A stretch of 64,000 nucleotides of DNA, taken from Callorhinchus milii. Taxonomy: Eukaryota. Location of the stretch: the NCBI RefSeq assembly GCF_018977255.1, contig NW_024704743.1, positions 109,556,001 to 109,620,000 of the forward strand. Direction: 5' to 3'. Of this stretch, positions 22,699 through 35,279 are shown piece after piece (the first letter of the stretch is position 1; each line of letters starts with the position of its first letter). The notes under the pieces were generated by a model. The model saw only the letters and a program-made list of their open reading frames with translations. It ran no database searches and had not been told where the DNA came from. The position numbers and the translations under genes were made by a program.

Positions 22699-23969
22699 TA
22701 TATACACCACCTACTCATGGACATTTCCCTGTGGTTGGAATAGAATGTACACTCTAACTGGAGGGAACCATCATGCTGACCTAATTCTGGAGAGATTTAG
22801 GCCCAGGTTGGTAAGAGCCAAGGCTTGGGAATCTGAAAGTATGAGTCAGAAATGTGTGTGTGGGGAGAGGAATAATCCGCTGGTAGTTAACTAGCTAAAC
22901 TTGTGTAGTTTGTTCAGAGCAAATGTGCCGAGATCAAGAAGAGTCACTAAATATCATTGGCCTCAAGGGTTGAAACCCTTACCTTGCCTCCTGCCCACTG
23001 GTGGTAATAATTGACTGCATTTTTTGGGGGAGTGGCTGATGTGATAATTATCACTGCGGTCAATATCACATGCCACAACTTGGCCTCACAATTAGTTCTG
23101 GTTCACATTGTGGTGTCCAGCAGACTGCCTGCTTCATTTTGATTGTGGCATCTTGATTCCGCTTTCACAGCAGATGTCCTTTCCCGAGGGCCGGATGCAG
23201 CTGTGTTCAAGTCTATACAAATAATTAAATATGTATACCTTTTTTAAAAAAAACTTTGGCAAATTGGTAATAAGAAAGGGTCATATTCAATCGTCTCCAT
23301 TGCATCTTGCCAGAGAGCGAGAGTAAACAGTAATCAGTCATCTAAAGTTTTGTGCCTACCAGACAGATGGAATTTTAGTTCCTCTCTGCCATACGATTTA
23401 AGTGGACGTGAAGGGACCTACTTTATTTTAGTTATTTTATTTGTCCTGCAGATAACTTTAAATTAAATCTGCTTTCCCCCACCCCCAGTGGATCTCAAGC
23501 AGTCACCTGAAGCAATGCCTCCCAGTATGTCCAGGCTGAAATCTCCAGATCCTTCTCGTGTCGGTTATGGGTTTGCCTGGGCTTGCATGATGGATGAGGA
23601 CTGTCATTGATCCCAAACACTGCTCCTCCTAAAATTATCTGTCAGAGGAAGGAGAGTCACCAAATTAGTCCTCAAGAAAGGCAGGGGTAGCAATTTCCAT
23701 AAGATGCTAAATACCTTCAGGAAGTATTTTAATATTCAAAAGCAGGAGGTTGACACTTTCCTACTGCGGAGGCACGAAGTTCCATCTAGTCTTAGCCTGT
23801 AAATCCATTTCATCTTAAAAATGTTAAGAATTGCATATAATTTGTCCACAAGGTACACAGTTACTTTACTTTACAGTGAATCTTAAAAAGTAGTGAAGCG
23901 CTTTAAGATGCTAAAAAGACGTGAAAAACGTTATATCAAATGTAAGGGTTATTAATAAGGATTATTATA

Positions 23970-24207
23970 ATTCACACACAGCAGTGTCCCACAAACAGTC
24001 GTGGATTGAGTGACCAATTTTTCGGGATTTTTACTCCTGGAAAAGCGATCTGCCAATTGACTAACAACTGAGTTCCTCCCTACTGCTAGGTAAACAGATG
24101 TGTGTGGAGTACAAAAGCTTGCCTAAGGTTTTGCCCTGCCCGTGAATTGAACCCAGGTCCTCCCACTTGCGAGGCGAGTGCTCTGAACACTACGCAACAG
24201 GACTCCA
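23970..24207 (-). mobile_element. tRNA-derived SINE, long form, 5' part
   Basis: GTGGAGTCCTG head, GGTTCAATTC B box and TGTTTACCTAGCAGTAGG block. Confidence 0.82.
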
Positions 24208-24574
24208 CTTAATATCAGTCTTAACTCAGAAGCTCTGTTTGCAAACTGGTTTTCCACAATACAATTGAAATTTAAGAATTCCAACAATTTTGTACCAGCT
24301 TAAATTTTAAGATAATGTTAAGTATTACAGACTGGTAGACGAAGTCCAGGATAGACCAGATGTCAGCCTGGCTTAGTTGGCAGCGTTCTCTCCTCTGAGT
24401 CAGAAGGTGATGAAAACTTTGTGTTCACAGTCCAGGCTGACTTCAGATGAGGCAATAAACCAAATATGTTGCACATTTTTCCTTGGATTTAATATACAGT
24501 CTAATCTTGTGAAGCACTTTGAGACATTCTCCCAATGAGAAAGGAGCTAAACCAAATGTAAGGATTATTATTAT

Positions 24575-24920
24575 ATAAAGCACCTTTCACAGCAGGAAGT
24601 AGTCTCAAAGCACTTAGTAGGATTTACTATAAAGTATAATGACTGTGTATTTTGCAGTAGTCAATTTGTACATAGCAATGTCCCTCAAGCAGCCATGAAG
24701 TGAATGACCAATTTTATTGTTGGAGAAAACAGGAGAAACCCCCTTCTATTTTTGAATAATGCAATAAGATCTCTAACCTGAATAGGCAGTTGGGACCTTA
24801 GTGTAACATGTCATCTGCATCACCAGCCCTGCAATGGAGTGTCAGCTTGGACTATGTGAATGCAAAGTCACGATGTGGAGCTTGAACCCTCAACCTTCTG
24901 ACTGCAGAGGCGAAAGCACT
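24575..24920 (-). mobile_element. Deu-domain SINE, near full length
   Basis: Tail, body and head (CTTGAACCCTCAACCTTCTGACT) are all recognisable. Confidence 0.75.
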
Positions 24921-25255
24921 GTGAAGGGGAAGAAGAGGAGAAACGATTGCACTCTTAATAATAAATGGTCAGGCTAGGTTCCAAAGTGCACGTCACACAG
25001 TTCTACAGATCCTTTCAATCGCAGAGCAACAATGTTCATCCCGAGAGGGTCTACTAAGTGCGGTTGTGTGTTCGTTCAAATTAAATCCATCAATGGGCCA
25101 AGTGTAGTTCACAGTGAATGAAAATAATTGGACTCAGTGTAATGGTGCTGCAGCGAGTGGATTTATTTTTACTTTTGTGTAATAAACAGAACCTTTGTAT
25201 AGTTTTTCTTTCAAGCAATGAAGAAGTAAAATACTAATCCGTGTATTCAGCTTAC

Positions 25256-25315
25256 CACTTGGCTGCTGCCTGCGCTTGGCACGACAGCATGCTTGAATCG
25301 TGTCTTTGTGCTCAG
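25256..25315 (-). CDS. Candidate 60-nt internal exon
   Basis: ctacttctttaaccag|CTG...GTG|gtaagc; open in phase 0 (LSTKTRFKHAVVPSAGSSQV) and in phase 1; lies in non-repeat DNA. Confidence 0.28.
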
Positions 25316-25399
25316 CTGGTTAAAGAAGTAGTGAATCACAAAGCTCCATCACAATGTGGCAGATTCGGAGATCAGTGGCAATATTTTTAAAAATTCTCT

Positions 25400-25770
25400 G
25401 CCTTTAATGTAGCTCCTTTCACCTCAGCAGGATGTGTCAAAGCGCTTCCCAGGATTTGCTGCAAAGTTTAGCGACTGTATATTTTGTAGGTAAATGCGGC
25501 AGCTAGTTTGTGCACAGCAATTTCCACACAATGAATTATGCACAAACAGCCATGAAATTATTGCCCAATTTTATTTGAGGAATTGTTCACCAGGACATTG
25601 GGAAGATACTCCCTTCTCTTTTTGACTAGTGATCACCTCAATAGTCAGATGGAACCTTAGTTTAACGACTCATCCAAAAGGTAGCTCTTCCGACAAATCA
25701 ACACACCCCCAGCATTGCTCTGGAGTGTCGACCTGGACTGTGTGCTCAAAATCCCATTGTGAGGCTTGAG
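25400..25770 (-). mobile_element. Deu-domain SINE, diverged
   Basis: Family body motifs through TGTGCTCAAAATCCCATTGTGAGGCTTGA. Confidence 0.7.
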
Positions 25771-26319
25771 TGTAATATCAAATGGATTGATTATGATTTG
25801 TAAATAATGGATTTTTTACCTCAATAACTGCATGCCATACAAAGCAGAACTTCTACCGAGAGACTGACTGAGGTGACTGAAGCCATGTGACCCTTTTCCC
25901 TGGGCTGTGTTGACATCCATCAGTTTTTGGAGTGAATAGGAACAAATGAATCCAAAGACTTGTCTCTTAGACATTGTTGTGGTATTTCCTTCCATTCCAG
26001 GCAATCCCTTTGCAGTATTTTCTGTTCTGTGTATCATCCGCATTGATTCTTTGTAATGTCCGTTCCCTTCAAACTATGGTTGGTTGCACAGCAAATGGAG
26101 GTCAATAGTATGAATGCTAGCAATCTGTTATGTAGACATTAAGTGGATGTTTTCTTATGGGAGCACGCTAAGGGAAGTATAAATGAATAATCTGTGTATC
26201 TGATATAGTGCCTTTAATGTCAAAACATTACATGGGCTTCACAGGCAATTGCTGCCCAGCATAGTGACTATGTATCTGTAGGCAGGCTGTGTATTTGTGT
26301 TTATTATTTAAACCCAAAT

Positions 26320-26625
26320 GGCCCATTGTCAATTTGGCTCTCGCCTCTGTGTTAGAACGTTGTGGGTTTAAGTCAAACATCAAGATTGTGAGCTCAGTCT
26401 AGGCTGACCCACAGTGCAATGCAGAGGGAGTGCCGGCATTCAGATAAGAATCAAACTGTTTCTGTCTGTCTGTTTACTGGTTTGTTTGTTGGTGTTTGCT
26501 ATGGGAAAAATAGCTGCCACATTTGCCTACGTATATTCAGTCTCCACACTTGCCAGCAATTCCTTGTGAAGCACTTGCGAGATGTGGTCAATATTAAAAG
26601 CACTGTAGCAAATGTGAGGATTTTT
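26320..26625 (+). mobile_element. Deu-domain SINE with internal deletion
   Basis: CTCTCGCCTCTGTGTTAGAACGTTGTGGGTTTAAG head, TCTAGGCTGAC, tail GCAAATGTGAGGATT. Confidence 0.6.
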
Positions 26626-26719
26626 TTTGCTTCATTGCCACATCTTCTTTAATAAAGCTCAGTCACAGTAGAACAAATGTTTTATTCCACTTGTTGTTCT
26701 GCTGTTCTCAGCAATCTGT

Positions 26720-26860
26720 GCCCCTGTATTTACACAACTCGCATAATAAACCCCATTTATATCTTTACTTGTATAACAGACTCCCAATTATACATTCCCT
26801 CAGTATCGATAACACAACTCGTATAATAGTCCCTGTTTATACATTTACTTTGTGATACAA
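26720..26860 (+). repeat. Degenerate tandem duplication, ~80-bp period
   Basis: ACACAACTCG(C/T)ATAATA..CCC..TTTATA..TTTACTT at ~26732 and ~26812. Confidence 0.6.
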
Positions 26861-27249
26861 AGCTTTGGGTTGGGTTTGCTTTTAGAGGTGTTTCCATTTG
26901 CTATGTTTAAAAGGCAAAAATGATTTATTGAATTTCACTGTTGTTTTCAGCCACACAGGGATTTCGAGTATTTTGCTTCACTGATGACTAATCTTATCGT
27001 TGTAACATGTACATAGGGTTCTTAAACTCAGTGCCTATACTTTGCACCCAACACCAGAAGATAACACAGGATTACCACATCATCTATATTTTGATATAGA
27101 GATTCCTTCTGACCTCCATCTGATTTTTGTCTCTGAGAATCAATGATATCACTTTCTGCATCTTAAATATCCTCTGGCAATGGCAATACTGCAACCAGTA
27201 ATCTGTGGCATACTGCAAAATAGCAGATATCAAAATGCATAAGAGCGGG

Positions 27250-27640
27250 GCAGCTCTGATAGTGTAGTGGATAGAGCAGTAGCTATTAGATCAGGAGCTC
27301 GCTGGTTCAAATCCTGGTCCATGCTGAGGTTCCTGATCTAAACTGGCCTTCCCAGGGTCAGGACCGAAAAAGACAACCAAGTTGCTGCTCCTGTCCCTCT
27401 ACAGCACTTTCTACTGTTAGTGAGCTGGGTGAGAGAGGTAAGGTTCAGCTGTGACACCCTCTACAGTCGAGTGGTTTGTTGATACTCATTGCCAAGACTC
27501 GCACATAAAGTGGCCAAGCTGAACTTTAATCACAGAATATACTGTAAAGTGGATTGATTGTATATTTTGTGGGCAAAATGCAGCACTTCCCTAGGACTAC
27601 CAGAGGGCAACCAGCACTTGTGGAAAAATACCCAGTGAGA
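27250..27640 (+). mobile_element. Third, old tRNA-derived SINE-like element
   Basis: A-box-like TAGTGTAGTGG and B-box GGTTCAAATCC, with a downstream body unrelated to the two main SINE families. Confidence 0.4.
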
Positions 27641-27889
27641 AGAGGATAGACAAAGAGCAGCAAGACTTATGTCAATGGTGGAAACTAATTAAAAAATGAT
27701 TAGTTAGGATTATTAAAAGAAAAACAATGCTGGAGTAAGACATAATTGTTGGGGAATTGTTAGCCAGGACACCTGAAGAAACTCCCTTCTATTTTCGAAT
27801 AGTGCCACAGGATCTTTAATGTCTACCAGAACAGATAGATAGAACTGTCTATTTAACATCTTATCTGAAGGATGGCACCTCCAACAATA

Positions 27890-28252
27890 AAAAATAATAA
27901 TAATAATTCTTGCATTTGATAAAGCCCCTTATCACGCCTTTGAGGCGTCTCAAAACGCTTCAGAAATTACACTGTAAAGTGGATTTACTGTATATTCTGT
28001 GGGCGAAACGCGGCAGCCAATTTGCGCACAGCAGTTTCCCACAAACAGTCGTAGTATGAGTGACCAATTATTTTTTTTGAAGAAATTATTACCCGGAAAA
28101 GCAATCCGCCAATCAACTAACAAATGGATCCTACTTACTACTAGGTAAACAGAGGCAAGTAAACAGAAACTTGCCCCACATTTCGCCCTGCTGGGAATCG
28201 AACACAGGTCTCTTGCTTCCGAGGCGAGTGCTCTAACCACTGCTCTACCGGA
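27890..28252 (-). mobile_element. tRNA-derived SINE, long form
   Basis: GTGGTTAGAGCACTCGCC head, GTTCGATTCCC, CCTCTGTTTACCTAG block and (ATT)n tail; abuts a Deu SINE fragment (27745-27885). Confidence 0.88.
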
Positions 28253-28512
28253 ATCAACGTATCCTAAATGGGATTCAGAAAGTCAACCCAGAACAATACT
28301 TTTAGACACATGAAGATACTAAGAAAAAAAGGCACATATTCAGAGTCGTGAAGGGAAATTTCAGGACAGACAACAGAAAGTATTTTTTCACTCAGAGGAT
28401 AGTTAACGACTGCAAAAAGTTACAAGGAATCATAGAATTCAGCAAAGAAAGAGGCCATTTAGCTCATTGTTCCTGTACCAGTTCTTTGTAAGACATATTT
28501 AGCCACACAAAA

Positions 28513-28715
28513 ATAATAATAATAATCCTTGCATTTGATATAGTGCTTTTCACGTCTTCTTGACGTCTCAAAGCGCTTCACAGAATATGCTGTAAAGTGA
28601 ATTGACTGTATATTTGTGGGCAAAACGTGGCAGCCAATTGCACACAGCAGTGTCCCACAAACAGTCGTGGATTGAAAATTACCAATTTATTATTTTTTTT
28701 TTGCAGGGATTATTA
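28513..28715 (-). mobile_element. tRNA-derived SINE 3' half
   Basis: Nearly identical to the 3' half of 1971-2296. Confidence 0.85.
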
Positions 28716-29389
28716 TTTAAATTCACAGGGACTTTAATCTCCTCTTCCAACACAATCAAGAATGGTTGATGCTAGGATTCTGGACACATTTAAGAAACAG
28801 CTTGATGCTGTAAGGGAGATTGCAGAGTGAGAATTCTGGAAAGATGAGATCAAACAAGCATGAAGGGCTTTCTTCATCCGAAACCCTCTTTGAATTTGTG
28901 ACGTGTGATTCTATTAACTCAATGACTCACAGCCTAATGGGAGACCCCTATTATAATGATTCTTCTGCACTTCTCAAGTAAATTTAAAAATCCCATTTAG
29001 GTGCATTAAAGGAATTTACAGGGATTTTAATACAGAAATGTAATGCCAAATTCAGTTAAAAAATGGCAGACCATTCAAGTCAAAGCAGACCACCTTAGGT
29101 TTTTAGAACATGCAATGTATGTGTTACTGCAGTCAGGACTGACTTAGGCACATTTATGATGTGGAGGAGGGGAGACTAAAAGGGGAATTTGCCCCCACCA
29201 CTTTGTAACAGAGGTGACCATCCTGAAGCTTTCTTGAAGATTGGGAGGACTGTCCTGAAAGAATCCTGCTCAGTTTGGAGGAATTCCACCTGGGTCTAGA
29301 TTTACTCTATTTTCTTAGCATTTCAGGGGGATGTGAAACAGTCCAGTTCCTGCGTAGATTATGAGTTCAAGTCCTGACATTGGGCTTTT

Positions 29390-29590
29390 CCTTTTCAAAT
29401 AGTGTCTTGAGATCTTTACCAACAACTTAAACAGACAGGACCTCAGGTTAATGGATTACCTGAAGGTGGGCGCTCCTCCAGCATTGCGCTGGAGTCAGCC
29501 TACACTACAAGCTCACGTTTTGACTTGGGTTTTGAACCACAACCTCTGACCCAGAAGTGAGAGTGCTAGTCGACTGAGCCGGGCTGACAT
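29390..29590 (-). mobile_element. Deu-domain SINE 5' part
   Basis: Head TGTCAGCCCGGCTCAGTCGACTAGCACTCTCAC..GGTTCAAAACC on the minus strand. Confidence 0.7.
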
Positions 29591-29785
29591 GTAATTCTGG
29601 TCACATAGCAGGTGAGTGAAATGACAGATGAATTGGTGGGCCCTGTTACGACCCATCAAATATGGATAGCACAGCACCATTAGATGATATAACTACTGTG
29701 TCAACTGCTCTGACATATGGCACCTTTAACACATCTGCTGCGACAATGTGAAAGGAACATGGATACTCCCCAGCCGAAGCCTTAC

Positions 29786-29839
29786 TCTGCAAAGCTTCAG
29801 CAGGAAAGCGAGCAAGTCAGATAATCCTGTTTTCACATC
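29786..29839 (-). CDS. Candidate 54-nt internal exon
   Basis: ccactgtgcattttgaag|GAT...AGA|gtaagg; phase 0/0, DVKTGLSDLLAFLLKLCR, phase-compatible with the 11391 exon. Confidence 0.28.
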
Positions 29840-31127
29840 CTTCAAAATGCACAGTGGAGGATATCCATTTTTACACAGCACCTCAGCTATTTCAAAGCCT
29901 TAAATTACTCGCTAGACACAGATAGATGCTCCAAGGTTCACCGGAATAGATTGATTTCATCCTCCAGAGAGTTTCCATCCCACCTTATCATCAAAGCCAC
30001 TTTTTCTTCAGTATAATAGCCTCCTCCCAATCAAACGCCACTGTCTCAGAGGTAGGAAGCAGAGATAGATATCTCGCACTTTGATTAAACTAGTTTTGGA
30101 AATAACTCATATGATCTTACTCAATGAGTATCACCTTTTATAGATTAAACACCAGAAATGACTCAGGAGCTGCTTCCATTAATAAATTATCTGGCATAGG
30201 AGTCAGACTCAGTATCTGACCAGTTAATCATTCCTCCTGACATCTCAGAGCAATCCTCTGCACAAGACCTAATTAGCACTGGTACAGACCATTCACTGTT
30301 GTCACAATTCTGAGCATAACCTGACAGGAGCAAGTTACAAAAATAATTCTTGCATTTGATATTGCTGCACTAATGTCCATACCTTTTAAAGTGATTCACA
30401 GATAATTGCTGTTAAGTGTAGTGACTGGGTATTTGCAGGCATATGCAGCAGCCAATTTGCGTACGGCAAGATCTCAAAAATAGCCATGAAGCGAATGATC
30501 AGTTTTATCTAGAAGATTGTTGTCCTGGATACAAGTTAGGATTAATAGTGGAAGGGTTAAAGGGGAGGTTCCAGATAGTGGGTTGTTAGCGAGCAGGATC
30601 GTGCCACAATTCCTGGAGCTGAGACAATTAAATGAGAATCAGATAGGAGAACAGAAACAATGGTCTTAAATGCAATGATTTCAAACAGGAATCCCACTGG
30701 GAATTTCTTGAGGAATCCGATTGAAAATGTCAAGCATCAGAGAGCTTCACACACTGGAAGAACTGAACCGCTTCACAAAGACGATGGGGAAACCCGGAAA
30801 ATGAATTAGGGAGTAAAGTGGTATAGGTGAGGGTGAACAAGAGAGGTGTGGAGTATAAACACCAATACAGCCTGACTAGTCCAAATGGCCTGATGTATCA
30901 CTAAGTAATTCTATGTAACTATGAAAGGAATGGAAGTTTAAGAGCAAATGACAAGGGCATGAACAAAAAATACAGTTTAAAAGGGTTTCGGAGGTGGGGA
31001 GAGACTCGATACCCTCTTAATATTCTCTCTGAGCCGTCTCTTCAGTTGTGCAGTGAAGACACGTGATTCAAATCTTTGGACTAATGTAAACCTTGCTTGA
31101 GATGAGTTTTTTTTTAACAGTGCTCAC

Positions 31128-31232
31128 CAGAACTGGCATGAATCCATTAGCATATTTTTAGCGTCATAAATAAACCCAATAATGAGTTTATTTTGTGTCA
31201 GAAACGAGGATGCTGTGCACCTCTCCATTAAC
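31128..31232 (-). CDS. Candidate 105-nt symmetric exon
   Basis: ttcttcctttgttgtaag|G...CTG|gtgagc; open frame LMERCTASSFLTQNKLIIGFIYDAKNMLMDSCQF (phase 2/2). Confidence 0.22.
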
Positions 31233-31411
31233 CTTACAACAAAGGAAGAATAGTGGACCATTAGGCTTACACTATCCTCTTGCCTACTACACCATTCTCC
31301 TCTAATGGGTTCTCCTCTCGTTCCCACATGGTCACCTGCAGAGTACCTCAGTGTTCTACCCCAGCACCCACCCCTCTCTCCATTTTCTCGATCTCATCTC
31401 CCGCTTCATGA

Positions 31412-31705
31412 AAATAATAACCTTGCATTTAATTTAGTGCCTTATCATGTCATTGAAACATCTCAAAGTGCTTCACAGAATATATTGTAAAGTGGATTTA
31501 CTGTGTAATTTGTGCACAAAACATGGCAGTCAATTGCACACAGCAGTGTTGCATAAACAGTCGTGGATTGAGTGACCACANTTTTTTTTGGAGGGATCAT
31601 TACCCTCGGAAAGTCATCCGCCAATTGACTAACAACCATGTTCCTACTCACTGCTAGGTAAACAGAGATGTGTAGATTCAGGAAACGTGCCTAAGGATTC
31701 ACCCG
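31412..31705 (-). mobile_element. tRNA-derived SINE, long form, head truncated
   Basis: Tail, body and CTGCTAGGTAAACAGAG block. Confidence 0.82.
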
Positions 31706-31874
31706 CAGTTCACGCGGTAAACTTCCAAACAAATGTGTTGCCACCCAATTTGAGCAAGTGCAAATTGTTGTTACTGTTGAAGAAAGAGAAGAGATGGTTC
31801 CTGAGCTGGGCAGGTCCACATTACTCCAGGGTACTACTGATGACAGACCAGCAACCCTGGCCTATTGGCACGAC

Positions 31875-32205
31875 TAGAATTTGCAGGCCTTTTACTGGGG
31901 GTAGGATATTTTCCCCACTTGGCTCCTGTTAACCCTGCAAGCCGAAAATCTAAACCTGGAAGCTTACCAAATAGTGTTCGCAAATATAAATGATATGTTT
32001 TTTGCTGATAAAACGCCAGCAGCTACTCGCTACTAACGCTCTCGCAATCCTGTGCTGAGATTAAATGAGCAGGTTCTGGCTGTTCCTGGGGAGAGAGCTC
32101 ATTCTCTTCCAGACAAAGGGAAATTTCCATGCATGTGTGGAACTCGCAGTCTGGTTTGAATACTCTTAAGTATAGCAGTGACACCGCATGTGCCAGACCC
32201 TGACT
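31875..32205 (-). repeat. Unclassified old dispersed repeat copy
   Basis: TGTGGAACTCGCAGTCTGGTTTGAATA core plus GGCTCCTGTTAAC module, in the same order as the 38730 copy. Confidence 0.5.
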
Positions 32206-33409
32206 AAACAAAAAACGTTTCAAAAAATCATTAAATCGTCTGTTTTCATTATTCCCCTGCTTTAGTCAAAAACATGTCCTCAATCAGAAACCATCACTTT
32301 AAGAACATAGTCTATTTTTAATGTTCTAACTGTCCCATTTGCTAGTTCGATACAGGGTTAACACTCTATAAAATGTTTGAACACAGTGAAATATTGGCTT
32401 GTAGGTTTCTCAGAATAATGTTTTTATTTTAAGTGCCACCCTTTAAAACGAAAACAACACTGTTTTTACAGTTCATTAAACCCAGGCACCTAAGTGAATC
32501 CACATTGCCATGGCAGACTGACTCACGTTTCACATATTGACTATTCATTGTAACAGTGAACAAGCTGCAGAAGATTAATATATGGATTTTTCCGTTAAAA
32601 AAAATTCAGAGCTGAGAGTCATTTTAGATTTACAACAGAAGAGCCAGCATTTTAAGGACAATGGAAGGACAAGGCTGTTAACTCTTTCAGGGATTATAGT
32701 GAATTGCTTAAAAACACAAAACTCTTTCGCAACATGGGCTCTTCTACATTGAATTATATAGCATACAAACAGGCCATTTGGGCCAGCTAGTCTGTGCTGG
32801 TGTTTATACTTCACATGAGCCTCCACCTCTCCTAATCCCCTCTCCTGTACCTCTCTATTCACATATCATCAAGTTTGTAAAAGATAGTCATTGAAATTAC
32901 TCTAAGGAGCCTTGGAAAGTTTGTGAATACTAAGGCCCTATGAGAACACATGTCCTTTTAATAATATCCACCACTGGAGGTGTTTGGGAAGGGGGTTCCA
33001 TTGGACAAAGTCAGCGAAGGTTGAAACAGCAATTTCCTGACTCCTGAACATTTTCCATGACATCTCGCTGCACATTATGAATGGGAACAGATGTTGGGAG
33101 ATGGCATTAATATAAAAACATCTGCTCATTAGCTGCCAGTTAATTGGGTGTGATGTTTCAGGATATAATCCTGGTTCACTAATGGCACCCATTACACAAT
33201 TATAAGTGTATCACAATGTTGGAAGATAGCAAAATGAAGTCTCACGTGATGTGGTAGGGAAGGAAGTGTATTCTGTGCCTGATATAACTGTGCAGGCTTG
33301 AGACAGCTCAGGTGCCGAGGCAAATGCTACACAGAATATTTCTGTTCTATTGAAAGATCTCGAAAATATACTGAGGTGATCCAGTTTCAATAAATAAATA
33401 ATAACAAAA

Positions 33410-33760
33410 TCATTTTTACATTTGCTCCAGCACTTTTTATGTCACAAGGACGTTTCAAAACACTTCACAGGATAAATTCTAAAGTGCAGTGATTGTGTAT
33501 TTTGTAGGCAAATACAGCAGACAATTGCTCACAGCAATGTCTCACAATAGCCTTGAAGTAAATAACCAATTTTATTTGGGGGATTGTTGGCCAGGACACC
33601 AAGAGAAATTCCCTTTTCCTTTCGAATAGTGCCATAGCATCGTTAACATCCACCTGAACAGGCAGTCAAAGCTTCGGTTTAACGTCTCATCTGAAGGACG
33701 GCATCTACAACAATGCAGTGCTCCCACTGTACTTGAATGTAGAATTGAGATACACGACCC
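33410..33760 (-). mobile_element. Deu-domain SINE
   Basis: Well-preserved core AATAGTGCCATAG..CACCTGAACAGGCAG..CGGTTTAACGTCTCATCTGAAGGACGGCATC. Confidence 0.82.
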
Positions 33761-33797
33761 AGGTGGAGTTGGTTGGCAGATCTGTTGTGATAAGTGT

Positions 33798-33860
33798 CTC
33801 TCACAGCCATTTCTTCTCTCATAGCCATTCCTCTCACAGCCATTTCTCTCATAGCAATTT
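33798..33860 (+). repeat. Short tandem repeat, 4 units of CTCTCA(C/T)AGCCATT
   Basis: Four 15-18 bp units with alternating CAC/CAT. Confidence 0.85.
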
Positions 33861-34212
33861 ACCAAAATACACAGTAAACTCACTTTACAGTATATTCTGT
33901 GAAGAGCTTTGAGACGTCTCGAAGACGTGATAAGGCGTTATATCAAATACAAGGATTCTTCTTATTATTACTCTACTCAGGCTTTGATAGTAACTTTTCT
34001 TAGCAGCAATGAGATTTCTGCCGTGTTCCTTGAGGTGTGGGAGGTATATGGGTACAGATAGAGTAGTCTCCTGTGATGTTGGGGTTGATGTTTCACAATG
34101 TCTTCCTTGTGTCAGTTAGTATAACTCATTCCTTGTTAGTTAATGTAAGTTGTTCCTTGTTAGTTAATACTAGCTGTACCCATTGCAGCCACACTTGCAA
34201 CCAAAGGATCTG

Positions 34213-34511
34213 ATATGGAACAAAATGCAAAATACTGTAGATGCTGGAAATCTGAAACAAAAACAGAAGGGTAATCTCCTGTAATGTTGGGGTTGATGTT
34301 TCTCACAATGTGGTCTTCTCTACATTGGGGAGATGAAACACAGATTGCGTGATGGATTTGCCAAACACCTCTGTTCTGTCCCAAGCGCAACCCTGAGCTT
34401 CCGGTTTCTTGCCAGACCAACTCTCCCTCCCACTCGCATTCTGACCTCTCCATCCAAGGTATCCTACGCTGTTCCAATGAGCCACAGCGCAAGCTCGAGG
34501 AACAGCACCCC
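34213..34511 (+). mobile_element. Penelope-like element relic with GIY-YIG endonuclease fragment
   Basis: 34303 onward translates SQCGLLYIGEMKHRLRDGFAKHLCSV (C..YIGE..R...R..EH-like); after frameshifts LPVSCQTNSPSHSHSDL and RKLEEQH. Confidence 0.75.
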
Positions 34512-35279
34512 AGCAGACAATAAAGATTTCATCGCTGTTGGAAAAAGGAAAGGAGTTTCAGTTGGCCGACCATCCCAGGATAAAATTGGTCATTCTTTAC
34601 ATGGCTATTTTTGGGGGGGATCATTGCCGTGAGCCATTCAATTCAATGGATTTGAGATGCCATAAGGAGCCTTCGGTGATATCTTTCAGGGTAAAGCCTA
34701 TCAATACCAGCCAGCCACTGATTTCATATTTCTTCATTTCAAGATATGAGCTTGCATTTACATGCTCCAAAAATCCTCTGTAATAACTAACCACCACTGC
34801 ATATGCTTTGAATGAGATATTCGTCTGAATAATGGTGGTGACAGGAAGCCAGATTACAATCAGATTAATGAAGAGAGGCTGTCAGGGTAATCCTCATTCA
34901 CTCCACTCCTCACCTGCTCACTTGACTTCTCTTTTATTCCTCCACATACTGCTGATCACCCAGAACTCCACAGCCCACATCTTTTCCTGCACTAGTCTTG
35001 GTGTGCCCCTGGCCCTCAAGTGCTCGACTTCAAGATCCTCATTCCAACTATGGTTGCTGCAAAAAGCATCAATTTATTTACAAGGAAACATGTTGCATAA
35101 ATATGTAGAATAATCCTAGTATAATTCTTGCAGTTGATATAGCACCTTATCACATTGTTGAGACATCACAAAACGCTTCACAAGATTTTACTGTGAAGTG
35201 CGGTGGCTGTATTTGTAATTAAAAAAAATGTCATTCACAGTCATTCACAGTCAGATGAGGGAGAAGGGAATAGAAGGGT

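Noticed and set aside
25816..26080. 75-aa minus ORF, or plus-strand acceptor at 26000
   Set aside because: Conflicting strands, no recognisable protein, and incomplete splice-site pairs.
30012..30051. Plus-strand 40-nt exon (ttttcttcag|...|gtagga)
   Set aside because: No supporting plus-strand gene model; such matches are expected by chance.
31581..31581. Single ambiguous base N
   Set aside because: Sequencing or assembly uncertainty at a poly-T run.
33798..33860. CRISPR-like or coding repeat (ERNG(C/Y) repeats)
   Set aside because: Contiguous short tandem units with no unique spacers; eukaryotic context.
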